A DNA stretch of 64,000 nt from Kudoa neothunni (lineage: Eukaryota > Animalia > Cnidaria), in assembly GCA_964304625.1 (NCBI GenBank), contig OZ199838.1, forward strand, positions 8,729,904-8,793,903, given 5' to 3'. Within the stretch, counting starts at the first letter, position 1. The number at the start of each line of letters is the position of its first letter. The translations under genes and the position numbers were made by a program. Shown one piece after another: positions 12,006-25,211 of this stretch. The notes under the pieces are model-generated. The model saw only the letters and a program-made list of their open reading frames with translations, was not told the origin of the DNA and did not search any database.

Positions 12006-15000
12006 CTAATCATTGGGTTTAGCAGATTCACCAGATTGAATTTCTTTGGCCGCGTCTGAGTTGGTTTGTTCACTATATGAACTCTCATTTATAATCTCAG
12101 CAATTTCGGGCAAATCCTTTTTTTGTTGAATTTCAGTCTCGTCAGCTTCGGATGTTTCCTTTTCCTGTTGAACTTCAGTTTCAGGTTCTTTCTTTCCTCG
12201 ATCCTCGTCAGATTCAAGGTTTATGAGAGAACTTGTTGTGGCTGTCTTTTTAGATTCATCATTTATGAGCTCGCCATCAGTTTCTTCAATTATCGAATTC
12301 ACCTTTTTATCTGTCTCAATAGTATTCAATCCATAAATACTACCCTAGAGAGTAAAAATGAAACATGGCCAACAACAAGCTGCCACCTACACTGGTACTA
12401 CCCTTTTCAATAAAAGCGGACGAAGGTCGTCGTCTAGCTGCACCTCTAGATCGCGTCTAAAACAAATTGAAAACGATTGAGGAACAGAGAGTATACTCGA
12501 GTGAGACTAGAGAGCATTATTGGGCCTTCTTCGGCGTCTAACGAAGAGGTGGAATGTTGATCAGTTGAAGTAGGTTGTTTAGGTTTGGATAAGCCTATAG
12601 GTCCACCTCTCATACCTTTAAAAAATCAGACAAATCGATTATCATAATCGTAGCTACCACCGAATGGATTAAACTAAAAAATACATAGAAAATCGACACA
12701 AAAATTCAAATTACGCCAGGTCCTAGCTTAGATTTTAAGGCTGCGACACTTGAGGCTAATAGGAATTAAAGATAATGTCTGTAAATATATAATGATACTT
12801 GCACGTTTAACATCAACCTTTGGTTTTGCTGGTTCATCATCTTGGTCGCTGGATTTTCGAGAGGATTGGTCCTTAGATGTTGTTTCAATTGGTTGATCAG
12901 AGATTTTAGTGTCATTCGTGAGTTTTTCCTGTCAAGTAAAATTACCATAAGATAGGGAATAAAAGAATTAAAACGTATATAGTACAGCATTGTGTTTGAA
13001 ATAATGTAAGATAGCAAATAGTAGAATGACAATTAAAATTAGACACTGCAATAATAAAGGCATTAATAAAATCTTGGCTTATATAGATAGTATAAGCTGA
13101 TTATCATTTATACACGAATCCCCCCTAAATTTGAACGAATCTTTACCATCGATGAGCATCGAATTTGGATATGCAAAACCAAATTAATGTATATTTAAAA
13201 CTGATTAGCTAAGAAGATACTATTTGCAATCGAAGCGATAACATTATTAGATTTTGAAAAAATTAAAACTTTGTACAAAAATGTTGATATTAAATCATTA
13301 AAAAATCATTACTTTCACGAAAATAGGAGGTTTTTTGGCAGACGAGAAAGATTTTGAGCTAAGGTTGGGGTGCATGCCCATCCTAGGCATTGGGAACATA
13401 TCTAGATTGGATTAGAAGGTGAGATAACTCTGAAATATTCTCAAAATACTGGGCCCAGCTCCACCAGGACCCTACAACGTATATATATAGCAACCAAGTG
13501 TAAAGAATGACCAAATCACTTTCGAAAATAATTTCTTTCTAAGATCTGCTACACTAGTCGATCCTATTCACACGAATTGATTAACCTAATCTACTAGTTT
13601 AATCATTCAACATACCACTATCGTTTGTTTCATCATCCTACAACAATCGACTAAGAAAAATTATGTGATATACCGTTTTACTTGGGTAGTTGTGGTTTCT
13701 TTATTTGACTCTTGATCCATGCTTTCGTTACTGCAGTGCAAACAATACTTATAGGCGTTGATTGGGTAATAATCTTACCGGTTTTTATCGTGATTTTCGT
13801 CTTGAATTTTATGATTTTCATTATCACATAAGGCTCTAATCTCTAGATTACGACAAAAATGCATAAAATTTCTCAAAAAAAATACGCATTCATTTAATAA
13901 ATCGAATATTATGATTTTCATATAAATATTTAAAAGCAACTCAACTCACGATAGCAACTAGAATACAACAAGATCTTATCTATGCCTATTCCCATAAGAT
14001 AGTAATAACTGGCACCGCCAATAATATACAGGAACTATCAGTTTAGAACGGATTTTATTATTTTCTGGTGCTATAAAAACAAAAATAATATCCAGGGTTA
14101 AATGCTAAGGTGGAAGCTTTCTAATTAACCTAGAAATAAGGAGTTTAAGATTAAATCATTATCAATTTCACGCAAGCGCACATCGAACTTAAGATTTAAT
14201 TTGGCAGTGAAAATAATCTCTGTCTTTCGGATAATTACAGTTATCACCTAAATTAACCCTTTATACTCACAATTAATTCGAATCAGCATAATTAAACTGT
14301 CAAATAGTTTAATTGTGTTGTCACCATTACCGACATTGACTATGTACAACATAAAGTATAACCTTTGTAATGTAATCCTCCATAATGGATTACAAAAAGT
14401 TTAAGCTAATTCCATGTAGCTTTAGGAATGGTGAAAATATTAAACGTAGTTTAAAAAATTTATTCAGCTCTGTCTTTAGAGTACTAAGAGGACTTGACAC
14501 ATTAGGGCGTTTTGTTTTATGATTAATTTAAACCAAACATATCCCCTAATAAGCATAAATTACCTTCAGGTTGATCATTATCCGGTTTGGAGATGCCTGA
14601 AGATTGGGTTGTTTCTTGTGGTATCACTGAATTCAATTCAGTCGATTGTTGCTCGTTTAATTCGACAGGTGTTGATACTGACGATTTCAATATTTCATCT
14701 ACTCCCAAAGGCGATGCATGTTGCTGTTCCACTACGGGTTGAATTATCTCAAAGGTTTTTTCGTTCGTATCATCAAGTGAAGGATTCGTAGGGGGTGGAA
14801 TTTCGGGGTTTTTCACCTCATTGGAATCCTTAATATCTACTAAAGTTTGTGATTTTTGGGCTACTTCAACTGAGTAATGTAAACCAGTTAGAATTTATTT
14901 ATAATGATCTATTGTGATAATACTTGAAGAAGAAGGATGTTCGTTGTTGGTGGCATTATTTAGGCTATTCGTAACAATCAAATCATTAGTTTTCTGTAAG

Positions 15001-15971
15001 TCACTATTATGTATGTATCGATTTAACAACACAGTCTTGAGTTAGTATATAATAACTTTTGAGTCGAATCCAATGTTGTTTGTACATTTTCCAATGGAAT
15101 CTGTTCATCTACGTTGGATTTTAGGTATTACACCAAAACAACTATCTAATAGTTACTTTGTTCAGAAGAATTCAGTTCTGTAGTTTGCATGCTTTCACCT
15201 AGATAAGTTTGTTGGCCCGATGGTGCCTTTGATGGGATTTGTAGATTAATCTATTGAGTTTAGTTGGAGTAAAATAATTCATGTGGCTGTATAGAAATAA
15301 TGAAATAATAAGCTATCGTGTATAAGAAGATTACACTAAAAACAATCGGTTTACATCTAAAAACTCACAAATACGAGATCATCTCTAGTTTAGTCCTGTT
15401 CTAACATGGTCACCTCATAATTTCCTCAAACAACTATCAACTATCCTCTATCACAGGAAATCTAATTAACATCTCTTAACAACCTTACAACTTTTTAATG
15501 TATAATCTATTGAATGTTGTATGGTGAACAGTGCTTATTGTTAGCATTTGTATCAATTATTTTTGTTCTATCAATTAACGCAGGCCCTCCTATACATTGA
15601 TTTGGAGAAAAATACATGAATTACATTTTTATTGAATTTCTCGGCAGATTCCCCGCTCACATCGAACAGGATATTATCTCTGTGGTAATGACCATTTGAA
15701 GTAAATGAATTAGAAAATTTTCCACGATCCATTCGATTCTCCGCCAAAATACTATCGTCATCAGGCTAAATAATAACAACAATACTTTAAATGGTGAAAT
15801 AGTTTCTATAGATAAAACCTTCAAATCAGATGTTTCATCATAAAATGCCATATTCGACTCATCACCAGGCGAAAAAAAACTATAAATCCACCTCACAATA
15901 ACGTTGAATTTGCACATTAGATTATTGATCAAGTTGGAGTTATCAGGAAAATTACTGGATTCGTTAGTCAT
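12006..15971 (-). CDS. Multi-exon low-complexity protein with CPI-like motif (CapZIP/RCSD1- or FAM21-like region)
   Basis: Spliced 3' exons read ...KPSSVAALKSKLGPG|FNPFGG|MRGGP...MLSSLTR|TRSRGAARRRPSSAF...then an acidic E/T-rich tail to the stop at 12006. Linkage of upstream exons (13.3, 14.5-14.9, 15.6-16.0 kb) to this gene is uncertain. Confidence 0.6.
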
Positions 15972-17055
15972 AGTTGATCATGTGACTGGATAATGATCAT
16001 ATCCACCCAATAGCCTATTGTGGGTTAGATCTCTAACTCGTCATTTTGATCATCATATAATAATTATTATACATTCTATACTTTTCGATTAGAGTATTTG
16101 AATGTAAATTATTAAATTCACGCCTAATCTATTAGTATAAATGCTTATTATTGGATTTAAAAGTCGGAGGATTAGTTAAATACACTAGTATGTGTACATG
16201 TCAAAATCAATGACTTGTAACTTGACTAATACATGCAATAATTAAGTTGATGTGTGATGGACGTCGGGAGTTGTCAACTCAATCGCTTAAGCTTGTAATA
16301 CAACATTTGATGTGTTGAACAAAATATAGATGGTATTGGATTCATATTATGACCATAAGTTCTCTCGGTAATACAATAAATATAAAAGGTTTATCAGTTT
16401 TGGATTTTTCCAGGCATAATAGGATAAGATTTGCTAATTTTTTCATATTATTTATACTCGTTTTTCTACCAAAATTTCAATAAATAATGCAGGAGTTTAC
16501 AGAAATTATTACTTGTTAACAAGTGGGGAACTAATTTTGACAACAAAACCTTCTTAACGTGATATACGAATTATTTCTTTCACCACGAATACAGGTGAGA
16601 ATCACTTACACCCATAAACCTGAGCATTAAACTTATTAAACTTAGCAATTCAGAATCCGTGTATTAACGAAAATTAATGCCATATATATCATCAACTAAT
16701 ATAACCAATCATAGACGCTCCTTATTATTAAGTTAACTATCTCTATATTCTAAGCATTCATATTTTAATGCGTTTGTGTTTTTGTCGAAATCAAGCAAGT
16801 ATTATCTTTTTAAAGTTGCGCTTGTGTAATAATTTTTTTCGTCTACACAACTTTTACATATTCACTAGAAATACTATTTTTACTTTCAAATATGATAAGT
16901 TTAATTATTGTTTGACTCATCGCAGCACCGTTTGGAGTACAGAATAATAAACTTTAGTCCAAACTAAATGGTGCGAATTAAAGATGTACGCATTAAATTA
17001 CAATAAGAAAATAAATTGAATGTATAACAGAAAAATATAAACAAATGGTCTACTT

Positions 17056-17706
17056 CTAAACATCTTTGAATGATAAGGTAGCGTAACGAGGTCTTTGGTT
17101 GGCGTCCGGAAATTCAAAAAATTTGACCGATGTGTATCCCCCGTACATGTGAGTGTATCGTGGGGCGATTTCATTTTTCAAGCGATCAATCGCTGCTTTA
17201 TCCTATTCAAACTCAATTTAGTCCGACAACCACCATTCAAAAGCTACATGTAGAAGAATATTTTCAATTTCAAAATCGCATCGTTGTCTAAATTCTCCTG
17301 GAGAAAGCTCAAAAGGAAACCTCAGAACTCGCCTCTTTTTGCTGCGCTTCAAAACACAAGTTGTAAGCTTGTAATCCACCTCGAGGTCGTGTAATAGAAA
17401 TCCATTCTGAATCCGCTCCAAATCTGGAGGTGGTTCTGTACGATTACACAGGTCAACCAACTTTAAAAATATTTAAAGGTTGAGTTATTATTCGTGCATT
17501 ACTAGATTCCCATATATAGCTCCTTTTCGTGCACTACCTCTTCCTGTTATCACTTTCCCATGCTTGACCAGTAGCACACACAAATGTTTTATGAAATTCG
17601 AAAACCGTTGCACATCAGGGTCGTATCTAATACTCTTTTGAAACGGTTTGCATGATACTATTTCATCAATAGCCATACACCTTTTGGTGATAGTGGGAAG
17701 AAGCAT
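17056..17706 (-). CDS. MRPL17: Mitochondrial ribosomal protein bL17m, 3 exons (17503..17706, 17248..17460, 17056..17202), ~187 aa
   Basis: Introns of 42 and 45 nt give an open frame with bL17 motifs IKHLCVLLVKHGKVIT...LVDL and DKAAIDRLKNEIAPRYTHMYGGYT...RYATLSF (cf. LAPRY...GGYTR); N-terminus MLLPTITKRC resembles a targeting peptide. Confidence 0.8.
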
Positions 17707-18478
17707 GAATTTACTTGTAAAGCGCTTGGGTTAATGCTTGCGCATAAGGTTTTAAATTCTAAACATGTTTACGTTGATCTGTGCTTTTCTAATATCAAAT
17801 TGAGTGTCCGCTTTCACACATTAACAATATTCGATTTTATTTTTGTATGCGTTCGTTTTTAGTCAATTCCAAAATAATTAAAGAGGTGACTCTAAGCCTG
17901 GGGTTGACAACTTGCGGCGCCCATCTTATGTGCATAATATAAACTACAATATCTAAGGTTCTAAAGCGAAGAAACTATATAATTCCTAGTCGCCGAACTC
18001 ACGATTACGTTCAAATTTTTAATTATCATAAGAAACAAACCATTTTTAATGGGAATATATGAGTAATGAATTAATTCTCTTTATTTGCAACTTAAAAATT
18101 AAATATAGAAAGAAAAGCTTCAGAAAAAATAAATATCTCATAAATACTAAGAATTCCTCGTAGAGCATTGTCATATACGGTTACAATTATTATCGAAGCA
18201 CCACAACTCTAATGTTCTCAATTATTTCAACACTTATAAATTACAAAGTTATATTTTATCATTATTTAAAATTTTGCATTAATATAAAGGTTAATATTAA
18301 GCTGAAACTCCTTAGAAATAAACTTTTCGAGTAGTTTACAGAATACATCTTATTTATATGCGCAACTTTTTTTAAACCTTTAAATTGGATGCAAGGAAGT
18401 GTTGATAGCTCTATCAATTTAAAAGTTTTTTATAGAATACTTTTTTACATAAAAAGACAGTTATACATATATCTTGTA

Positions 18479-18600
18479 TCTCCTATATATATAAGGCTGA
18501 TTTGTCCGTGTGTGTCTGCAAGTACGCAGGTGCAACAAAAATTTTTCTTTATAGAAAGACATATAAAATTTATTAAAAATCGAAATGTTTCAAAAAGTCT
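18479..18600 (+). mobile_element. Helitron-like 5' terminus (3' end not found)
   Basis: A|TCTCCTATATATATAAGG...GTGTGTGTCTGCAAGTACGCAGGTGC resembles the 5' ends at 5921 and 31452. Confidence 0.5.
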
Positions 18601-21476
18601 TCAAGTTATTTTTACAACGCCAAATATTACGAAAAGTGTTTAAAATACAAGGATTTTGTCGATTTAAAGTATGTTAATCGGATTACACGAGTTCAATTAT
18701 TGGATTAGCATCTGCTTATGTCATCGTGATGGTCGGTTGAAGTCAACTTCCCCCTTATATGCCCTATCAAATGTTGATTGAGCGATGCCATCTATCTTTA
18801 CATATAAGATTGACGTGTTTATTTTAGTTTGCGCAAATAAACCTCTTTATAGGGAGTTTTAATGTAATTGACTTGATAAACACATTTTCAGGCTTTATCA
18901 ATGGGTTTACATATGACAACAAGTGAATATTTGCATTATTGTTAGAGAATTGGTAATGCATGTTATAATCAGATAGATTGAAGCACTATAATGCAAATAC
19001 TGTGTGCGTAGATTTCATTGAAATCGTCCATTATGTTGAACTTTCAGTGATTCATTTCAGTGCAGATGGTTGTACTTTTACTTCATCCGATTAATTAAAT
19101 TATTTGTGTTGATATAGGTGGGATTTGTGGTTGTTTGTTGGAAAAAGCGCATTAAAATTTATGCAGAACCAAAAGATATTAATTGTAGCAATGAAAATTA
19201 ATTTTCTTGTGTTCCTTTCTTTCTCGGTTACTTTTTCTATTTTTTATCCCTCAAAAAATTAATGGTGCACACATTTTCCGAGTCGGGACAGAATTCGACT
19301 TTAAAAATCCCCCAGGCTAAGAAAAAACGTATTAGATTTTACTTCAAGAGAGTTTAAATAATTGGGGAACGAAGGTAAACATGACATCGACCTTAAATTA
19401 CTAAGAGTTGATTCCGGGACAAGAAATGGTTAATCAAATACTGATATGATTCACTCCTGCACAGAAATGATCATGATTTAAATTTCGAAATCCAAATCGA
19501 CAATGTACGGTGCTTAAAAAAATTTAGTTTGACTGCTTCTATAAGTCAGTTTGAAACATAATATTTTTTTAATGTTATTAAGAAACGTCTCTATGCGAAA
19601 TCTTCTCCAAGAAATGCTGGACAGTTCGTGCTCGTTTGCAATAAACATTAGTGTAGAGACCATCTGTCGTGACCGGTTATTTAGTTATTTATTTATCTAC
19701 TGCGTACGCAGTAGGCGGAATTAAAAAATTGTTCAATTGGTGTTTCTCTCAGCTGCAAATTATAGTTAAAAACAAACTAATAACTACATGGCAACGAAAT
19801 CAAGTTCGAAAATGGATAATGAACCTCAGGAAAATGATAAGGTTGAAAAATTGGTGTTTTGGTGACGTCAATATGCAATAAGAGCGAAGAAACTTGCTCA
19901 ATTAACCCTCGAAGGACGGTGCTCGGAAAAATTCCTCAGGGGGCGATGGGGGTCCAGCCAGGACCCAGCAATTTTAGACTTTTTTTTAAAGCTAATGCCA
20001 TAAAATTTTACTATTATTGTAAATTTATTTTAAAGTTTCCTAAGAGTTATGTTAAAATTTAAAAAAATTTCTAGATTCTGAAAAAAACGCAACAAGTCCA
20101 CCGATTAAACAACGCCTAGGTTCAAGCCAGAATGCGATCTAAAATAGGCTGATGACAAGGAAGATATATCATCAGGTTTAAAAGCAGCTGATAATAAAGA
20201 AACAGATTTTAAATGTATTCCCGGGAAATATCCACATCTCATTTTCATTACTCATCTCTTCGAATTCCAGTTGTAAAATAACTTACATTGTGAATCAAAC
20301 ATTAGTTCTACGAAGAAGTCAATTATTTAATATTCATACTTTCTGCTTCAAACAAAGTTAGTAGTACCTTCAGTAAGCCCATGCCAAATTTTAGTTTGAA
20401 AACTTTGTACATTATTGTGATAATTTAAAAAAATAAAACCATCCATATTTAATCGACTTCTATTATTGGGTGTGGAATTGTCGAAAATCATATTATAGAT
20501 AGATGTTATCCTTGTATATTTATGTTCCTCTAAAACATGCAAATCCTAAAATGTTACATAAACGCACAAAACTTCGGAAAAAGTATCGTAATATTAAACA
20601 TATGTAAGATATGATTCCCACGACAAAAATCAATCCATGTCATCATTATTGCATAACCGGCAGAGGACAACAATCTTTTTAAATTTATGAGGAATACAGA
20701 TGGGCTTGTTGCATTTGTCACACCGAAATTTCGTTTTTCTATCTATCTTTCTTGGACAAAAAAAGAAACGATTTTTTGTAACGATACACTGTATATTGGA
20801 ATCATCATGTGGACAAGTAACAACCTTTTTATTAAAAATTGGGAAACTTAATTTTTGAATATTGTGGAGAGAAGTTAAATTGTTTTGACGAATTAAGACA
20901 TTTGACTTAATCAATTCAATGGCCAACTCTCGAAGGAAGTACTGACGTCGGCTGCAATTTGTTCTTCTCCAATCCGTGAATTTTGTTGTGTATATGATGT
21001 ACGCATTCAATGCAGCTATATCAACCAACCCAAGGAACAAACGGGGGGCATCTTCTAGTTGCCCTAGCACACGAATACAATCAGGTCATACGGTCACTGT
21101 TGTCCACCCCCCCCCCTTTTGTTTGGTTACAGTGCATAATTATCTGGGACCTTTTTCTGCCACCTGATTCAATTTCAGAGTCATGGTGTTCCGTAGATAA
21201 GAGTATCACGTTGCGATTTTTTGGGGGACGTAGGAAACAAGAGTTAGATCGCCAGAGTAACAAAAACCGAAGATAGTTCTTGGCGATCTTCTACATCCTG
21301 AATTTTGGGTGGAATATAGGTATTATTCCGTGTCATTGTACCCGTTACGGTGATGTTGTTGTCCAAGAGAAAAGACGCAAGTGGGACAGAAATAAAAAAG
21401 TTGTCTGACGTGAGTCCTCTACAAGTTCCATCATATGATTCCATTAAATCTTTTACGACTTGTTCATCTTGTTTAA

Positions 21477-23891
21477 CCCGTATAGACTATATGTTGCGAT
21501 AACGCAACAAAACTTTGTTGTTATTTTTCTCATACGTTAGTGGGTACGATGACACAAAATTGATTTAATTATTTAGAAGAATACATAAATTTTTATTTTA
21601 TAGAAAAAAATAACTTCTGCAATTTAAAATGTGACTATAATTAAATGTGCGAAAGGTCATCATTGAAGTGTTTTCATATTCTTCCGTTTATTTCATAGCG
21701 TTAAACTCAATGATGCCAATAATTTAAAAATAATTAGATCATGATATGATAATTGTCCTTAAAATGAAAGAAGCGATCTAAAAAGTTTCCTTCAAAGTTT
21801 AATATAAGGATCAATTTTTGTTGCGCGAACGCAACATATAATCTACGGCGACAATTTTGTCATAAAATTGAGAACAAGCGCTATAATCTATACCTTGACG
21901 TAATAAATGAAATCGAAGAAAATGCGGATGAAAATCTGATCGATATAGTTATTATTCCTCCAGAAAGGGTTGATGTTGTAACTGATAACGAAAGTACAAA
22001 TGACGAAGACACGAATACTTTCAGCGATAATCAACTCAACAAAGAAATATCATGTCAAGTGGAAGTAATTAATAAAGATTTTGACGATATTGAAGACGAA
22101 TTATTCTGTTGGGAGCTTAATGATTACTCAAACAGATCTGTATCCAATAGGGATCCAGATATTTCTCTGGAAGGTATAAACGAAAGGGTTTTTATACATA
22201 ATCTTAAGTATTTTATTAGATGGTTGTGACTTTTACTTGGATAAATTTGAACCCACGATTGTTGCAATGGATGAACGCGAGATTTTTGAATTGTTCTTTG
22301 ACTCCAATGTCTTAAATTTGATTATTAAAGAAAGTGTCACATATGCCGGTCAAAATAACGAGATTGATTTTGACATTGAAAAAAATGAATTGATGAATTT
22401 TATTGGAATTTTGATATTGAGTGGTTATAACCGTCTTCCAAGACAACGAATGTATTGGGAAGAAGGTATGGATTGCGGTGTTGAAGCAGTAAAGAAATGT
22501 ATGTCCTACAAAAGATTCACACAAATAAAAAAATATATTCACTTATGCGACAATAGTTTACTTTCTGATGATGCATATAAAAATGATCGCTTTTTTAAGG
22601 TTAGAAATTATATGAACATCTTGAACAAAAACTTTCAACGATTCGGTTACTTTTCGAGATGTCTTTCCATCGACGAACAAATGATACCTTATTTTGGACA
22701 TCATTCCGCAAAAATGTATATAAAAGGTAAACCAATCAAATTTGGTTTTAAATGTTGGTGTCTATGTTCGTACGATGGCTATGTCTTCTCCACAGACATT
22801 TATTGTGGAAAAGGAACAAACATAGATAAGAAATTAGGGTTAGGTGGTAGTGTCGTAAAAAACTTTGTGAAATTGGTCGAATATCCTAGACTCCACGAGT
22901 TTTATTTCGACAATTTCTTCACTTCAGTGGGACTTTTAAACTATTTGTCTTCTTTAAACGTAAAAGCCACCGGAACGGTTCGACAAAATAGGACCCTGAA
23001 GTGTCCATTTACATGCGATACAGTTTTCAAAAAAGAAAATCGTGGTTTTTTTGAATCATACAATGCCAACAAAGTGATGCTGGTTAAATGGAATGATACC
23101 AGGCCAGTTATTATAGGGACAAATTTTGATCAAATTGAACCAATAAAGAATGCCAGAAGGTATTCTAAGGGTAATAAAAGAGATGTGTATATTCCAATGC
23201 CAAACGTTGTTGCCAGCCATAACCGTTATATGGGTGGCGTTGATTCCCTCGATTCAGCTATTGCCACCTACAGAATTTCAATAGCTGGAAAAAAGTGGTA
23301 TTGGAATATATTTTGCAATTATATCGATATGGCAGTTTCCAATTCACAAAAAATATTTAAATTGCTCCATCCTGATACTGGGGATTCCCTTATGTTTCGA
23401 AGAACGCTTGTGTCAAAACTTTTAACTGTCAAATTCGATACAACAAGAAAACGCATATCCTCAGTATCTTTCCAATTTACACGCAATTTATGTAGCGATA
23501 AAACTATTGAGCGACGTATGGATGAAAAAAGAGCAAGATGCAAAATTTGCAAGTCCAATACTGTGTTTGTTTGTCGTGGTTGCTGTTTGCCATGTCACCC
23601 TAATTGTTTTAACAAACTTCATTAACTGGTACCTTACACTCAATTATTTTATTGTTTTCATGCTTGTTTTTTTCAAAACAAAGTTATGTATACGATTATA
23701 AATAAATTTAATCCATTAATCCCTATGGTCGCTGTAGATTATATGTTGCGTTAACGCAACATGTTAAAGAGTATGTTAAAACAAAGATATTTTTTTTATT
23801 TTAAAATATATAATTCACAAATGTATTTTGAGAGTATATACAAAATTATAGCTCTGTAACTTAAGGACAAAGGGTACCGAGTCTATATGGG
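21477..23891 (+). mobile_element. piggyBac B, near-intact, nested in piggyBac A
   Basis: TTAA on both sides; TIRs CCCGTATAGACT / AGTCTATATGGG; subterminal palindromes TGTTGCG..CGCAACA at ~21492, ~21819 and ~23744. Confidence 0.95.
21867..23625 (+). CDS. piggyBac (PGBD2/3-like) transposase, two exons (intron 22174..22219)
   Basis: Catalytic motifs SIDEQM, FDNFF, GGVD and Cys-rich tail intact. Upstream open exon (DIVIIPPE...VTDNES) joins in phase 1 through a 46-nt GT-AG intron. The expected ATG reads ATT at 21867. Confidence 0.85.
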
Positions 23892-25211
23892 TTAACCTCT
23901 CTTGCTCCACCAACTTTTCCCCAAGATGGTTGAATATTTAGGTGATACGAAGTTTTCATATCTATGGCTACCCATACCTTCATACCATATCGTAGTGGCT
24001 TATCTTTCATATATATACGAAAGGGGCAGTTACCTTTAAATCCAACCATTCTTTTGTCGACAGTAATGTACTTATCTGGAGAATATTTTTAGCGAAAGGA
24101 TACGTTCACAATGTCGAAGATATTTCGAATGGCCTCTGGTTTGTCCCCAGATGTGCTGATTCTTTCAAGGCAAGTTGTATTATCATCAGACCGTAAAATG
24201 CGGAAAATCAAGTTGAACCTATCTCTTGAGAGAGTCACTGAAAACAAACATCACTTAAATGATGGGTTGGTATCCCAAATTTGTTTGAGAGATATCTTTG
24301 TCCCATTGCATCTGCCGGAAGCAAGTAAAATGCCTAAAAATGCTTTTAATTCGTCCATTATGATCAACTTATCATCTAAATATTTGTTAGTACAAAAGCA
24401 ATATTTATTCGTGTAATACAAAACATTTTCAAGCAATATGTCTGAGAAGAACAGTGAGAATGAGCTCATTATTGAATCGACATATTGAGCATCGTCTATG
24501 AGACCAGGTTTAGCATTGACCATATTGTAAGACCTTGTTTTTGCCCCTATTCTATTTGTAAAATCCCATCTCAAAATTAGATTTTGAGATGGATATTTTA
24601 GTAGAAGCTTCAAAATCGTCAAAAGAATCCGAGGATTCACTAATATCTTCCCAGCAGAAGCATCCGATATGGGTCCTTCAAACACCAAATCACTGTCTAC
24701 TTCATCGCCTAGTTTATTATCACTTATTAAGTCTTCTGAATTTTCGGAGTAAATTATCTGATAAATTAAATTAAACTAAAATGATGAATAAGTTTTAATA
24801 TTTTTCAGTAAACAACACGAGTAACAAAAATTCAGAAATCATCAATCCGCGGTTAATCTCTTGCTAATATCCAAAAGAGAATCGGGGTTTATCGGGACTT
24901 AACACAACATATCTTAATTATTTCCATTTATTGGTAATTTCTTAAACTTTATTAACACTTTTCCTATAAAATAAAAAAATAAGCTTTATTTTAACTTTTT
25001 GTTGAGAAAATTTTTATTCTATGCAAAAGAACCAAAAATATCTGGGAAATTTTACTTTCCATCTAATATTTGATTTTATAGAAAGGAGCTTTAATTTTTG
25101 AATGAAGAATACACAAAGTGCGAATTTAATATAAGATCAGCTTATACGAAAAAAACGAAAAATGCTTATAATGGGGTCCCGACAGACCCCGCATCGTCCC
25201 GGGAGGGTTAA

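Larger units (their letters stand above)
19906..25207 (-). mobile_element. piggyBac A, degenerate transposase, interrupted by piggyBac B
   Basis: TTAA-flanked; TIRs CCCTCGAAGGACGGTGC / GCATCGTCCCGGGAGGG; transposase fragments 20630..21470 and 23896..24688 (YMKDKPLRYG, SDNFF, GGVD, Cys-rich tail). Confidence 0.9.

Noticed and set aside
20149-20205. CTGATGA...GAAA hammerhead-like core
   Set aside because: Stems I-III cannot be formed.
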